64,000 nt of DNA from Chloroflexota bacterium (GTDB lineage Bacteria > Chloroflexota > Dehalococcoidia > JACQUD01): NCBI GenBank assembly GCA_016210485.1, contig JACQUD010000059.1, forward strand, positions 20,800-84,799. The letters run 5' to 3'. Positions 19,607 through 29,159 of this stretch are shown here, in pieces. The position numbers and the translations under genes were made by a program. How positions within the stretch are numbered: position 1 is the first letter of the stretch; each line of letters starts with the position of its first letter. The notes beneath the pieces are model-generated. The model saw only the letters and a list, made by a program, of their open reading frames with translations. It searched no databases and was not told the origin of the DNA.

Positions 19607-20833
19607 CTACTTAGCCTGTCCCTCCACTCCTTTTCCCGCCGATCGCCCCAGCAACCCCCAGCCATAGGAAGCCAAGCTAACGAGGCCCGCCCGACTGGAC
19701 TTGTCACGCACCAGCACCAGCGCCGCCAGGAACAGGTAGAGGCCAGCGAAGGCGTAACGCACCGCCGGGACGGGGATGAGTAGTTGCGCGCTGAACAGCA
19801 AGAACAAAAGCAGGGCCTCTCTGACTGAGATGGACAGGCTGGCCAGCACCGCCACGGCGAAGGCCGACTGCGCCGAGGTCAGGAAAAGCTCCTCCATCTG
19901 GCGACCATCCAAGGGCAGACCGGAGAGTCTGCCCAGGGAGATGGAATAGACGATGGGCAAGGTGCCCACCAGCAGCGTCCACTGGTTCACCTTGGAGGAG
20001 ATGAGGGTGCCCATGCCGGCCGCAGCATGGCCCTTGAGAGTGAAGAGGATGACTACCACCACCTCGGGGGCCTCCGAGGCCAAAGGGGCAACCCACTGCA
20101 CCAGGAGGAACTCGCTGATGCCAAAAGCCTTCCCAGTGGCCACCAGGCCCTCGGCGAAAGGCTCGGCGGAGGCCAGGATGACGGCCCCGGCGAAGAGAAA
20201 GAGGAAAAGAGTCACCAGTCGTCGCCAGGCCACAGGCAGCGCGGCCACGGCTAGGGCCGGCCCCACCAGCTCCGGCTCCTCGTGCTCCGCCTTGGAAGCC
20301 GCCCAGAGATAGAGGACGAAGAGGCCCACCAGGACGGCGGCATCCCAAATAGCGATATAACCCTTGAAAGGTATGGTGAAGGAATACAACGTTGCCAGGG
20401 TCAGGAAGAGAAGCTCGGTGCGATGGCTGGGCTCCAGATGGAGGATGCGGTGGCGGGTCTTGAACCAAAAGAGGAAGACCACCAGGGACCATCCCACCCC
20501 TATGAGGAGCCGGTTGCCGCCGGTCATGTTGGCCGTGGCGTAGGCGATGTGGTCAGGCTTATACGCCGCCGTCCAGGCGAAGTAGAGGTCCACCGAGTAC
20601 TCCGGCAGCACGGCGATGAGCGCCAGGAGGGCCAGGGCCAGCGCCTGGGAGATGTCCATCTCGGCGACCTCCGCCGCCCAGGCAAGGAGGAAGGCCGCCC
20701 CCAGGATGCCCAGGCCAGAGATAGCCGACTGCAAAAGGGGCGAGACCTCTATGCCTCCCAAACGCAGGATCAGAGCAGGCAGCGTGCTCAGGAAGGCAGC
20801 TGCGAGCCAGAGCCACTTCCTGTTTTTAATCAA
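19607..20833 (-). CDS. CaCA-family cation/proton antiporter (ChaA/Na+-Ca2+ exchanger-like)
   Basis: Polytopic membrane protein with alpha-repeat signatures (…AAEVAEM…; …GISEFLLVQWVAPLASEAPE…). Confidence 0.75.
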   Translation of the reverse strand: MIKNRKWLWLAAAFLSTLPALILRLGGIEVSPLLQSAISGLGILGAAFLLAWAAEVAEMDISQALALALLALIAVLPEYSVDLYFAWTAAYKPDHIAYATANMTGGNRLLIGVGWSLVVFLFWFKTRHRILHLEPSHRTELLFLTLATLYSFTIPFKGYIAIWDAAVLVGLFVLYLWAASKAEHEEPELVGPALAVAALPVAWRRLVTLFLFLFAGAVILASAEPFAEGLVATGKAFGISEFLLVQWVAPLASEAPEVVVVILFTLKGHAAAGMGTLISSKVNQWTLLVGTLPIVYSISLGRLSGLPLDGRQMEELFLTSAQSAFAVAVLASLSISVREALLLFLLFSAQLLIPVPAVRYAFAGLYLFLAALVLVRDKSSRAGLVSLASYGWGLLGRSAGKGVEGQAK

Positions 20834-20852
20834 AGAGAGCCCTTGAGAGATT

Positions 20853-21983
20853 TCACTTCAGCATGGCTAGAAGGACTCCACCGGCTATGGCCGAGCCGAT
20901 GACCCCGGCCACGTTGGGCCCCATGGCATGCATCAGGATGTAGTTGGTGGGGTCCACCTCATGGGCCACCCTCTGGGCCACCCTGGCCGACATGGGCACC
21001 GCCGAGACCCCCGCAGCCCCTATAAGGGGGTTTATCTTCCTACCGGAGAGCCGATACATGACCTTCCCGAAGAGGACTCCACCCGCTGTGGCCGAGGCGA
21101 AGGCAATCAGGCCGAGTGTCAGGATACCTAGCGTCTTCCAGGTCAAAAATGTGGCCGCTACCATGGTAGAGCCCACTGTGGACGACAGGAAGATAGTGAC
21201 AATGTTCATCAGCTCGTTCTGGGCGGTGTTGGATAGCCGTTCCACGACCCCGGAGACACGGAGCAAATTGCCGAACATGAAGACTCCTACCAGGGGGATG
21301 GCCTTGGGCGTGACCAGGGCGGTGATACCCATGACGACCAGGGGGAAGATAATAAGCGTTAGCCTGGATACCGGGCGAGGGTTGTAGGCCATTCTAGTCA
21401 AACGCTCTTCCTTAGTCGTCAGAAGCCTCATGATGGGAGGCTGGATGAGAGGGACCATAGCCATATAAGAGTAGGCCGCTACAGCGACCGAACCAACCAA
21501 ATGCGGGGCTAGCTGTGTAGATACGTATATGGTGGTAGGGCCGTCGGCGGAACCGATAATACCGATGGCCCCAGCTTCTTTAATACTGAACCCGATGAGT
21601 ATGGCGACGAGCATAGCGAAGTAGATGCCGAACTGGGCCGCAGCCCCTAGCAGGAAGGTTATCGGGTTGGCAATAAGCGGGCTGAAGTCGGTCAAGGCGC
21701 CCAGCCCCAGGAAAATGAGGATGGGGAAGACCTCCGTATTCAGTCCCACCTCCTTGAAATACCAATACAGCCCTCCGACATTCCCATCCGATGGCGCATC
21801 GGTCAACCCCGTGGCCGGGAAGTTAGCCAGCAGCGTGCCTATGCCCATAGGAAGAAGGATTAGAGGCTCGAACTTAAATCTGAGGGCCAGGAAGATGAGG
21901 ACGCAACCCACCCCTAACATGGCCACCTGTTTGAGCTCCAGGCTGGTGAAGCCGGAGACCAGAGGTGAAAAGTCTATGTTCAA
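20853..21983 (-). CDS. Na+-translocating decarboxylase beta subunit (OadB/MmdB/GcdB family)
   Basis: 376-aa polytopic protein. Conserved central and C-terminal OadB-like regions (…GLGALTDFSPLIANP…, …IGAAGVSAVPMSARV…). Confidence 0.85.
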   Translation of the reverse strand: MNIDFSPLVSGFTSLELKQVAMLGVGCVLIFLALRFKFEPLILLPMGIGTLLANFPATGLTDAPSDGNVGGLYWYFKEVGLNTEVFPILIFLGLGALTDFSPLIANPITFLLGAAAQFGIYFAMLVAILIGFSIKEAGAIGIIGSADGPTTIYVSTQLAPHLVGSVAVAAYSYMAMVPLIQPPIMRLLTTKEERLTRMAYNPRPVSRLTLIIFPLVVMGITALVTPKAIPLVGVFMFGNLLRVSGVVERLSNTAQNELMNIVTIFLSSTVGSTMVAATFLTWKTLGILTLGLIAFASATAGGVLFGKVMYRLSGRKINPLIGAAGVSAVPMSARVAQRVAHEVDPTNYILMHAMGPNVAGVIGSAIAGGVLLAMLK

Positions 21984-22408
21984 GCCAGCTCCACCAGTGC
22001 CTGGCCGTGGGAGACGTTCTGCCCGGGACTCACAGATATGGCCTTAACCACACCTACGTAGGGGCTTTTGATGCTCTGCTCCATCTTCATGGCTTCCAGG
22101 ACACAGACCTCGTCGCCGTATTTCACCTGGTCCCCCACCTTTACCGTGATGGACAGCACCTTCCCCGGCAGTGGAGCCGTCACCTTACCTCCGCTGACCG
22201 AGGCGGAGACAGGAGCCACGGGGTTTGATCCCGCTCTTTCCGAAGGCGGACTCGCTACAGGAGCCGGTTGAGGCGGCACCGAGGCTGAATTTTGGGTTTC
22301 TACAACATAGCTTCGCCCATTGACAATCAGCCGAAGGGGCTTGGCCCAGGGGTCCTCTATCTCCACTCTATAAGGCTTGCCATCGATGACTAGGTTGAAG
22401 ACCTTCAT
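21980..22408 (-). CDS. Biotin carboxyl-carrier (biotinyl-domain) subunit of the decarboxylase
   Basis: C-terminal biotinyl domain with EAMKM. Pro/Ala-rich linker. 4-nt overlap with the beta subunit. Confidence 0.8.
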   Translation of the reverse strand: MKVFNLVIDGKPYRVEIEDPWAKPLRLIVNGRSYVVETQNSASVPPQPAPVASPPSERAGSNPVAPVSASVSGGKVTAPLPGKVLSITVKVGDQVKYGDEVCVLEAMKMEQSIKSPYVGVVKAISVSPGQNVSHGQALVELA

Positions 22409-22411
22409 ATA

Positions 22412-22729
22412 TTAAGCGTCTCTATCCCAAAAAGGTGCCCCGACCATTCGCACCACGGCCCTCCACGGGCTTAAAGGCCGTCGCGGCGGGGAGGGCGCCG
22501 AGCCGCCCTGCTGCGCCTGGAGCAAAGCCGCAGCCAGGGCTGCCACATCCTCCTCCCGGGCCTGGGCAGGCTGCGGCCCCACTTCGGAGGTTTTCGTGGC
22601 GGACTTCTCGGCGAGGGGCCGGGCAGGCAAGCGGCTCAGCGCAGCCATGGCCAACCACATAGCGGTCAGGGCCACATAGACCACCGCCATGCCGATGCCT
22701 GTGATGATCAGACCACGGCCTATCTCCAT
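22412..22729 (-). CDS. Decarboxylase gamma/delta membrane-anchor subunit (OadG-like)
   Basis: MEIGRGLIITGIGMAVVYVALTAMWLAMAAL single TM helix then Ala/Pro-rich tail. Start taken at internal M (22729) of track ORF 22412..22771. Confidence 0.55.
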   Translation of the reverse strand: MEIGRGLIITGIGMAVVYVALTAMWLAMAALSRLPARPLAEKSATKTSEVGPQPAQAREEDVAALAAALLQAQQGGSAPSPPRRPLSPWRAVVRMVGAPFWDRDA

Positions 22730-22893
22730 AGGCTTGTCCCCTCCCTCGGGCGCTTCAGAATCCCTCGCCAAAACCCCATTATATCAAAAATTTCCCACTA
22801 GTGTCCGACATCTGAAAGAGGTTGCGCCAGGGCTGCCTTTCTTTTATTATGAGACGTGCCAGGACAGAGAGCGAGCGTGAAGGAGGTCAGACA

Positions 22894-24387
22894 GTGGAGA
22901 TAAGGGTAGAGGCCGGTGATGTCACCCAGGTGGCCGCCGGGGCGGTGGTGGTGAACTTGTTTGAAGGGTCGTCTCATCCCGAGGGCGCTACCGCCGCCGT
23001 GGACCGGGCCCTGGACGGGGCCATTTCCCGCCTCATGGCTGACGACGAGATCAAAGGCAAGCTCTACGAGGCTACCCTCATCCACACCCTGGGGAAGATG
23101 CCCGCAGCCCGAGTCCTGGTCATGGGCCTAGGGAAGAGGGAGGAACTCACCCAGGAGCGGGTGCGCGGGGTGATGGGGGAGGCCTGCCGTGCCATGAGGA
23201 AGGCTGGTGTAGCCAGGGCCGCCACCATAGCCCACGGGGCAGGCATCGGGGGCATGGAATCTCAGGCTGCTGCCCAGGCCGTGGCCGAGGGAGCCATCCT
23301 GGGCCTCTACACCTTCCGCCGCTACCTGACCCGGCCATATGAGTTAAAGGATATGGAGGAGATCCTGGTGGTGGAGCGAGAGAACAATAAGCTCCCGGCC
23401 CTGGAGCGGGGGGTGGAGATGGGGCGCATCATGTCTCATGCCACCTACCTGGCCCGGGACATGGTCAACGAGCCTGCCAACCACATGACCCCCACCCACA
23501 TGGCCGAGGCGGCGCGGAAGGTGGCCGAGGAGCACGGCCTCTCCCTCACTATCCTGGAGAGGGAGCAAATGCAGGAGCTGGGGATGGGGGCGCTCCTGGG
23601 AGTAGCCCAGGGCAGCCAGCAGCCACCCAAGCTCATCGTCCTGGAGTACAAGGGCGGGGGCAACCGGACCCCCCTGGGGCTTTTGGGCAAAGGTCTCACC
23701 TTCGACTCCGGCGGCATCTCCATCAAGCCCTCCGAGGGCATGCAGGAGATGAAGGAGGATATGGCCGGCGGGGCCGCCGTCATCGCCGCCCTGGGGGCCA
23801 TCGCCCAGCTCCACCCTCCTGTAAACGTCACCGGCATCATCCCGGCCACCGAGAATCTGCCCTCAGGCACGGCCTATAAACCCGGAGACGTGCTCAAAAC
23901 CATGGGAGGCAAGACCATTGAGGTCATCAGCACCGACGCCGAGGGCCGCCTCATCCTGGCCGATGCCCTGTGCTATGCTCGACGCCGTGGCCTCTCCCCC
24001 CTAGTGGACGCCGCCACTCTCACCGGAGCCTGCATAGTAGCCCTGGGGGACATCTGTAGCGGCGCTTTCTCCAACAACCAGGAGTTCCTGAGCCAGGTGC
24101 TCAAGGCCGCCGAAACGGCCGGGGAGCGGGCCTGGCCCATGCCCATGTTCCCCGACTACAAGGAGCAGAACAAGAGCGACGTGGCCGACATCAAGAACAC
24201 CGGAGGGCGCAACGCCGGGGCCATCACCGCCGCCCAGTTCCTGGCCGAGTTCGCCGAGACCACCCCCTGGGTGCACCTGGATATAGCAGGGACAGTCCGC
24301 GCTGACAAAGATAAAGGCTATCAGGTCAAGGGCGCTACTGGGGTCCCGGCCCGGACCTTCGTGCAACTAGCCCTGGCCCTGGCCTGA
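22894..24387 (+). CDS. pepA: Leucyl aminopeptidase (M17 family)
   Basis: (V)EIRVEAGDVTQVAAGAVVVNLFEG... M17 active-site region NTDAEGRL. GTG start at 22894 after RBS gaaggagg. Confidence 0.88.
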   Translation: MEIRVEAGDVTQVAAGAVVVNLFEGSSHPEGATAAVDRALDGAISRLMADDEIKGKLYEATLIHTLGKMPAARVLVMGLGKREELTQERVRGVMGEACRAMRKAGVARAATIAHGAGIGGMESQAAAQAVAEGAILGLYTFRRYLTRPYELKDMEEILVVERENNKLPALERGVEMGRIMSHATYLARDMVNEPANHMTPTHMAEAARKVAEEHGLSLTILEREQMQELGMGALLGVAQGSQQPPKLIVLEYKGGGNRTPLGLLGKGLTFDSGGISIKPSEGMQEMKEDMAGGAAVIAALGAIAQLHPPVNVTGIIPATENLPSGTAYKPGDVLKTMGGKTIEVISTDAEGRLILADALCYARRRGLSPLVDAATLTGACIVALGDICSGAFSNNQEFLSQVLKAAETAGERAWPMPMFPDYKEQNKSDVADIKNTGGRNAGAITAAQFLAEFAETTPWVHLDIAGTVRADKDKGYQVKGATGVPARTFVQLALALA

Positions 24388-24415
24388 GACAAAAAACAAG
24401 GAGGGAAAGGTCGCA

Positions 24416-24763
24416 ATGACGAAGATGACTGTTAACCAAAAAGTTGCCGCATTACCGAACAGTATAAAGAAGCAACTCATCCAATTAGCGTATGATGGCG
24501 AGTCAATTACTAGTATGGCTGACAGGTTTAAACTGGACTATGGTGTGGTGCAAACGCATTTGTGGCAGTCTGGCACTCTCCCGTGGCGAGGGGCCAAAGT
24601 TATCATAGCTCGCCGACTACGGTCGTTGAGGAGTGCGACAAAGCGGGATGAGCGGGATCGGTTGGTTAATGAGATCGCGGAGCAAGTCGATTACCTGTAC
24701 TACGCTGCAAGGCAGCTAGGAGACCAACTGGCTAGAGTAAAGAAACTATTACCATCGCCTTAG
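24416..24763 (+). CDS. Hypothetical protein, possible HTH; low-GC (~48%) gene
   Basis: Strong RBS aaggagggaaagg. 115 aa. N-terminal IKKQLIQLAYDGESITSMADRFKLDYGVVQTHL resembles an HTH. GC much lower than the surroundings. Confidence 0.45.
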   Translation: MTKMTVNQKVAALPNSIKKQLIQLAYDGESITSMADRFKLDYGVVQTHLWQSGTLPWRGAKVIIARRLRSLRSATKRDERDRLVNEIAEQVDYLYYAARQLGDQLARVKKLLPSP

Positions 24764-24828
24764 GTAGTCCAGGAGCCTGACCCCTGGCAGTAGCCACCAA
24801 TAAATTCTGGAGAGGAGGTCAAACCAGT

Positions 24829-25482
24829 ATGAAAGTCAAATGGCTGGGGCACGCAAGTTTCCTCCTCACCGCCGAATCGGGGAGCTGCATCATCACCGAC
24901 CCCTACCAGCCGGGGGCCTTCGGCACTATCAACTATGGCCCCATTGAGGAGCCGGCCGACATCGTAACGGTGAGCCATGACCACGGCGACCACAACGACG
25001 CCAAGAGCATCAAAGGCAACCCCCAGATCGTGAATACCCCGGGGGAGCGCCAGGTTTCTGGCATCCGCATCAAGGGCATCCCGGCCCACCACGATACCTC
25101 TGGGGGAAGGGAGCGGGGCAGCAACATCATCTTCTGCTTCACCCTGGATGGGATGAACGTGTGCCACGCGGGCGACCTGGGCCACCAGCCCACCGCGGGG
25201 CAGCTATCTCAGATAGGACAAGTAGATGTGCTTCTGGTGCCCGTGGGCGGCAAGTTCACCCTGGACGCCAAGGGGGCCAACGACCTGGTGGAGACGCTGA
25301 AGACCAAGGTGGTCATCCCCATGCACTTCAAGACGCCCAAGTGCGACCTGCCCCTAGCCGGGGTGGACGACTTCCTGAAGATGAGAAAAGATGTGAAGCG
25401 CCTCAAGGCCTCTGAGGTGAGCCTGAAGAAGGAGGCCCTCCCCTCGGCAACGGAGACCCTGGTGCTGGAGCCAGCACTGTAA
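24829..25482 (+). CDS. Metallo-beta-lactamase-fold metal-dependent hydrolase (UPF0173-like)
   Basis: MKVKWLGHASFLL... HxHxDH motif (SHDHGDHND). Confidence 0.85.
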   Translation: MKVKWLGHASFLLTAESGSCIITDPYQPGAFGTINYGPIEEPADIVTVSHDHGDHNDAKSIKGNPQIVNTPGERQVSGIRIKGIPAHHDTSGGRERGSNIIFCFTLDGMNVCHAGDLGHQPTAGQLSQIGQVDVLLVPVGGKFTLDAKGANDLVETLKTKVVIPMHFKTPKCDLPLAGVDDFLKMRKDVKRLKASEVSLKKEALPSATETLVLEPAL

Positions 25483-25497
25483 GCTGAAAGGAGGAGC

Positions 25498-25806
25498 ATG
25501 CCTTACGTTACCCAGGAGCAGGTCTTCCAGGCCCTGCGCCGCTGCTACGACCCGGAGATACCGTTGAACATCATGGACCTGGGCCTGGTCTATGAGGTTA
25601 AAGTTGAGGGCGACCAGGTCAACATCACAATGACCCTCACCGCTCCGGGCTGTCCCCTCCACGCCACCATCGCCCGCAACGTCCAGCGCGAGGTGGAGAA
25701 GGTAGCCGGGGTGAAGCAAGCCCAAGTGGAGATAGTATGGCAGCCACCCTGGACGCCGGAGCGCATGAGCGCCGAGGCCAAAAAGAAGCTAGGCCTTCTT
25801 AAGTGA
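25498..25806 (+). CDS. DUF59/MIP18-family Fe-S cluster assembly protein (SufT-like)
   Basis: …CYDPEIPLNIMDLGLVY…TLTAPGCPL…. Confidence 0.85.
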   Translation: MPYVTQEQVFQALRRCYDPEIPLNIMDLGLVYEVKVEGDQVNITMTLTAPGCPLHATIARNVQREVEKVAGVKQAQVEIVWQPPWTPERMSAEAKKKLGLLK

Positions 25807-26919
25807 TCGGGCCATCATCCAGGCGAAGGCCACAACGGCTGCCGCCACCAACAGGCCAGAGATGCCCAGCGCCTTCTCCGTGCCCGAGATGTTGAGTATA
25901 TCCAGCGCCACCCGGAGCAAGTTGCCCACCGTCAGCAGCCCCAATGGCACCAGGCTCAGCCTCTGCGCATCTATCCTCCACCAGGGGAAGATGGCCGGGG
26001 CGATGACCGGGGCATGGGCCAATATCATAGTGCCCACAAATCCCACCGCCAGGGAGTGGCTGGAGGCATCGCGCAGGGCCCCGCTATCCTGGCTTGCAGC
26101 AAAAGCTATGGCCAGGGCCAGCCCCAGAAAGAACCAGAGATAAGCCACTACGAGATGCCTCCCCAGGTAGCGGTGCAGGCGCTCCGGGGAGGCCTCTCCC
26201 GCCCGGATCAGGGCCAACTCCGAGGCCAGCAGGGGCAACGTCGCCAGGCCCAGCAGCCCCGCCCAGATGGCCACCAGATAGTCCCCATCCCCCACCAGCA
26301 ACAGCAGGAAGGCTATCCCCGCCGCCAGCAGGCTCCCTTCCGCCCGGCGGTAGGTAGCGGGCGAGAGGAACCGGCTCAGCTCCACCCTCTCCCCCAGGAT
26401 GGTGAGGATGGGGAATCCCAGCAGAAAGAGGGTGAAGTTCATATTCCCCACCGGGGCGCCCCTCAGCGAGAAAATCGCGCCCGCCAGCAGGAAAAAGGCG
26501 GCCAGGGCCATGAAGCGAAAGGGTAAGGTGCGGGCGCTCTGCCGGCCCAGTTCCAGGAGCATGTAGAGATAGATGACCAGCCCAGCCCCCAGCAACGCCA
26601 CCCCTGCAGCATTCAGCGCATCTACCTCGGCCAGCCTGCCCACCACCTTGAGCACCGCGCCCACGGCCACCAGGAAGGGCATCAAATGCACAATCCGATT
26701 CAACCTGAAAGGCAGAGAGCCGAGGTAACGTTCGGTGACAATGAGCACCGCCAGGAAGCCAAAGACCATGATCTCGCCGTGGAAGGGGAAAGCCTGGGCC
26801 AGAGGCGGCTGCCCCCCATCCAGCATGCCCCCAATGGTGAGCAGGCGGAGCACACCCACCGCCAGGGCCAGGAGCATCAGCAGCACCGCCACGGGCACTG
26901 CCAGGAGCTGAGGCCTCAT
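25789..26919 (-). CDS. Polytopic integral membrane protein (function unknown; possibly NnrS-like)
   Basis: 376 aa, about 10-12 hydrophobic helices. The competing overlapping ORF 26084..26926 is Pro/Gly/Arg-rich and looks like a wrong-frame artefact. Confidence 0.6.
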   Translation of the reverse strand: MRPQLLAVPVAVLLMLLALAVGVLRLLTIGGMLDGGQPPLAQAFPFHGEIMVFGFLAVLIVTERYLGSLPFRLNRIVHLMPFLVAVGAVLKVVGRLAEVDALNAAGVALLGAGLVIYLYMLLELGRQSARTLPFRFMALAAFFLLAGAIFSLRGAPVGNMNFTLFLLGFPILTILGERVELSRFLSPATYRRAEGSLLAAGIAFLLLLVGDGDYLVAIWAGLLGLATLPLLASELALIRAGEASPERLHRYLGRHLVVAYLWFFLGLALAIAFAASQDSGALRDASSHSLAVGFVGTMILAHAPVIAPAIFPWWRIDAQRLSLVPLGLLTVGNLLRVALDILNISGTEKALGISGLLVAAAVVAFAWMMARSLKKA

Positions 26920-26941
26920 CTCGCACCTCCGGCTTCAGGCT

Positions 26942-27559
26942 CTATTTGTGGGAACCTTGCTGGGTATCCTCCCTCAGATGACAGGTATCGTTGAACAGGG
27001 CGAGCCGGAGCCCCTGGGGCACGAACTCCAGAATGCTCACGCTGGCCGGCTCCATTCGCATCGAGCCCCAGCGCCCCAGGTCCAGGCCCAGGGCACGATA
27101 GAGAACGGCGATGATGGCCAGGGTATGGCTGACGGCCAACACTGTTCCTCCAGGATGTCGAGCTCGGATATCCTCCACAGCCCCCCAACCCCGCTCCTGC
27201 ACTTCGCGGAGGCTCTCACCGCCGGGGAAGCGCACATCGGCCCCCTGCCTCAGGATATAGCCGTAGCGCTCCCGGAACTCGGGGCTTAAAAGCCCCTCTC
27301 CATCGCCGCTGTCCATCTCCTGAAGGCCCTGTATTACCTGCACCTCCAAAGGATGAAACTGAGCAATGGCTCGCGCCGTATCCAGGGCACGGCTCAATGG
27401 GCTGGAATATATGGCCTCCAGAGGCTTCTCCTTTAAGGAGCGAGCCAGGGCCCGGGCCTGTCGCCGGCCCTCCTCGTTGAGGTGGATATCCATCAGGCCC
27501 AGGATGCGCTGATCCCGGTTCCAGTCCGTCTGGCCGTGGCGAGCCAAGATAAGCTTCAT
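26942..27559 (-). CDS. Histidine phosphatase family protein (phosphoglycerate-mutase-like)
   Basis: MKLILARHGQTDWN… RHG catalytic motif. Confidence 0.85.
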   Translation of the reverse strand: MKLILARHGQTDWNRDQRILGLMDIHLNEEGRRQARALARSLKEKPLEAIYSSPLSRALDTARAIAQFHPLEVQVIQGLQEMDSGDGEGLLSPEFRERYGYILRQGADVRFPGGESLREVQERGWGAVEDIRARHPGGTVLAVSHTLAIIAVLYRALGLDLGRWGSMRMEPASVSILEFVPQGLRLALFNDTCHLREDTQQGSHK

Positions 27560-27653
27560 CCCATCCTAATCCTTAGCCGAAGGAGCAATATCGAAGCCCT
27601 TCAAGCTTTTGACCATCGGGGCATGCCCATTCTTGAGTTACCTTAAATGACAA

Positions 27654-27690
27654 TAGGGGCAGCCGCTATAGCGGCTGCCCCTCTCTTTTT
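27654..27690. terminator. GC-rich hairpin with flanking T/A tracts (possibly a bidirectional terminator)
   Basis: aggggcagccgc-tata-gcggctgcccct, followed by ctctttttg on plus and preceded by A-rich sequence on minus. Lies between two minus-strand genes. Confidence 0.4.
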
Positions 27691-27705
27691 GCTACCTGCT
27701 ATACT

Positions 27706-28011
27706 TTAGCGCTCGCCTGAGGTAGACCTTACCTTGGCGAAGCATTCGTCGCAGTATACCGGCCGGCCCTGCCTCGGCTGGAAGGGAACCTGAGTCTCTT
27801 TGCCACAAGAAGCGCACACCGCCGGGTACATCTCCCGAGAGCCATAGCCACCACCGGAGCCCCGCCGATCCCGACGGGCCTGCCGGCAGTTGGGGCACCG
27901 CTTGGGCTGATTGACATAGCCCTTGGAGGCGAGGAACTCTTGCTCAGCGACGGTAAATACGAACTCCTGCCCGCACTCCACACATTGGAGCGTCTTGTCT
28001 GCCGGACTCAT
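27706..28011 (-). CDS. Double zinc-ribbon (2x CxxC…CxxC) small protein
   Basis: MSPADKTLQCVECGQEF…RCPNCRQ… and …VCASCGK…YCDECF. Start at internal ATG 28011 with RBS aggagg; the track ORF extended to 28134. Confidence 0.6.
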   Translation of the reverse strand: MSPADKTLQCVECGQEFVFTVAEQEFLASKGYVNQPKRCPNCRQARRDRRGSGGGYGSREMYPAVCASCGKETQVPFQPRQGRPVYCDECFAKVRSTSGER

Positions 28012-28285
28012 GGATGACCTCCTGTTTTGTATATTGGTTCCAACTCCGTCATCCATAGCCTGGGTTATCCGAGCAAAGAAGCTCTCAGGTCTTGGACTGA
28101 CCGCGACTGGTAACCTTGTAGGATTATGAGGCATGATAAAAGCTATGTCAAGCAGCTTTATGACAGGCTACTTGAAAAACGCCCCTTTCGGAAGTATCGA
28201 GCTATGCAGGTGGGAAAAGGGAAGCATGGCTAAACAATCCCCTAATAAGAGTTGCCATCGCACAGAGAACTGCTAATATAGAATT

Positions 28286-29137
28286 ATGAAGACCCGTCTT
28301 CCACCCTGGCTCAAGGTCCCTTTCCCTGGAGGCCAAAACTTCCTCCAGGTCTCTCGCCTCCTGAGGGAGAAGGAACTGCATACAGTGTGCCAGGAGGCCC
28401 GCTGCCCCAATATCGGGGAGTGCTTCGAGGCCAAGACGGCCACCTTCCTCATCCTGGGAGATGTTTGCACCCGAAGCTGCCGCTTCTGCGCTGTGGCCCC
28501 GGGCCACCCCAGCCCACCCGACCTCGGTGAGGCGCAGCGGGTAGCCCAGGCGGCGGCCGCTCTGGGGCTTAGATACGTGGTAGTTACCTCAGTAACCAGA
28601 GATGACCTCCCCGACGGCGGCGCTGGCCTCTTCGCCACCACCATCGCCGCCATCCGAGAGTCCAGCCCTGGAACCCAGGTGGAGGTTCTCATCCCCGACT
28701 TCGGTGGCTCGACGGAGCCCCTGGAAACGGTGATGGCGGCCCATCCCACTGTCCTGAGCCATAACGTAGAGACGGTGCCTCGCCTTTACCCTCGGGTCCG
28801 CCCCAGAGCCTCTTACCATCGCTCCCTGGAATTGCTGGGGCGGGCAGCGGGAGGGGGCATGACCGCCAAGTCCGGCCTCATGCTGGGGCTGGGGGAGGAG
28901 AAAGAAGAGGTCTTCCAGACCATGGCCGACCTGAGGGAACAAGGGTGCCACATCCTCACCTTGGGCCAGTATCTGCGCCCATCCCCTTCTCACCTCCCAG
29001 TGGAGAGGTTCTATACTCCGGAGGAGTTCCAAGGGCTGGGCCATCTGGCCCAGGGGATGGGCTTCATCCACGTGGAATCGGGGCCCCTGGTGCGCAGCTC
29101 ATACCACGCTCACCTCCAGGCCATATGCTTGCCTTAG
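28286..29137 (+). CDS. lipA: Lipoyl synthase
   Basis: …CQEARCPNIGEC… and radical-SAM CTRSCRFC cluster motifs. Confidence 0.95.
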   Translation: MKTRLPPWLKVPFPGGQNFLQVSRLLREKELHTVCQEARCPNIGECFEAKTATFLILGDVCTRSCRFCAVAPGHPSPPDLGEAQRVAQAAAALGLRYVVVTSVTRDDLPDGGAGLFATTIAAIRESSPGTQVEVLIPDFGGSTEPLETVMAAHPTVLSHNVETVPRLYPRVRPRASYHRSLELLGRAAGGGMTAKSGLMLGLGEEKEEVFQTMADLREQGCHILTLGQYLRPSPSHLPVERFYTPEEFQGLGHLAQGMGFIHVESGPLVRSSYHAHLQAICLP

Positions 29138-29159
29138 TCCGCTGACGTGAGAGGCCACT

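Noticed and set aside
26084-26926. 280-aa minus-strand ORF overlapping the membrane-protein gene in another frame
   Set aside because: Pro/Gly/Arg-rich low-complexity translation. The co-located 376-aa frame encodes a coherent polytopic membrane protein.
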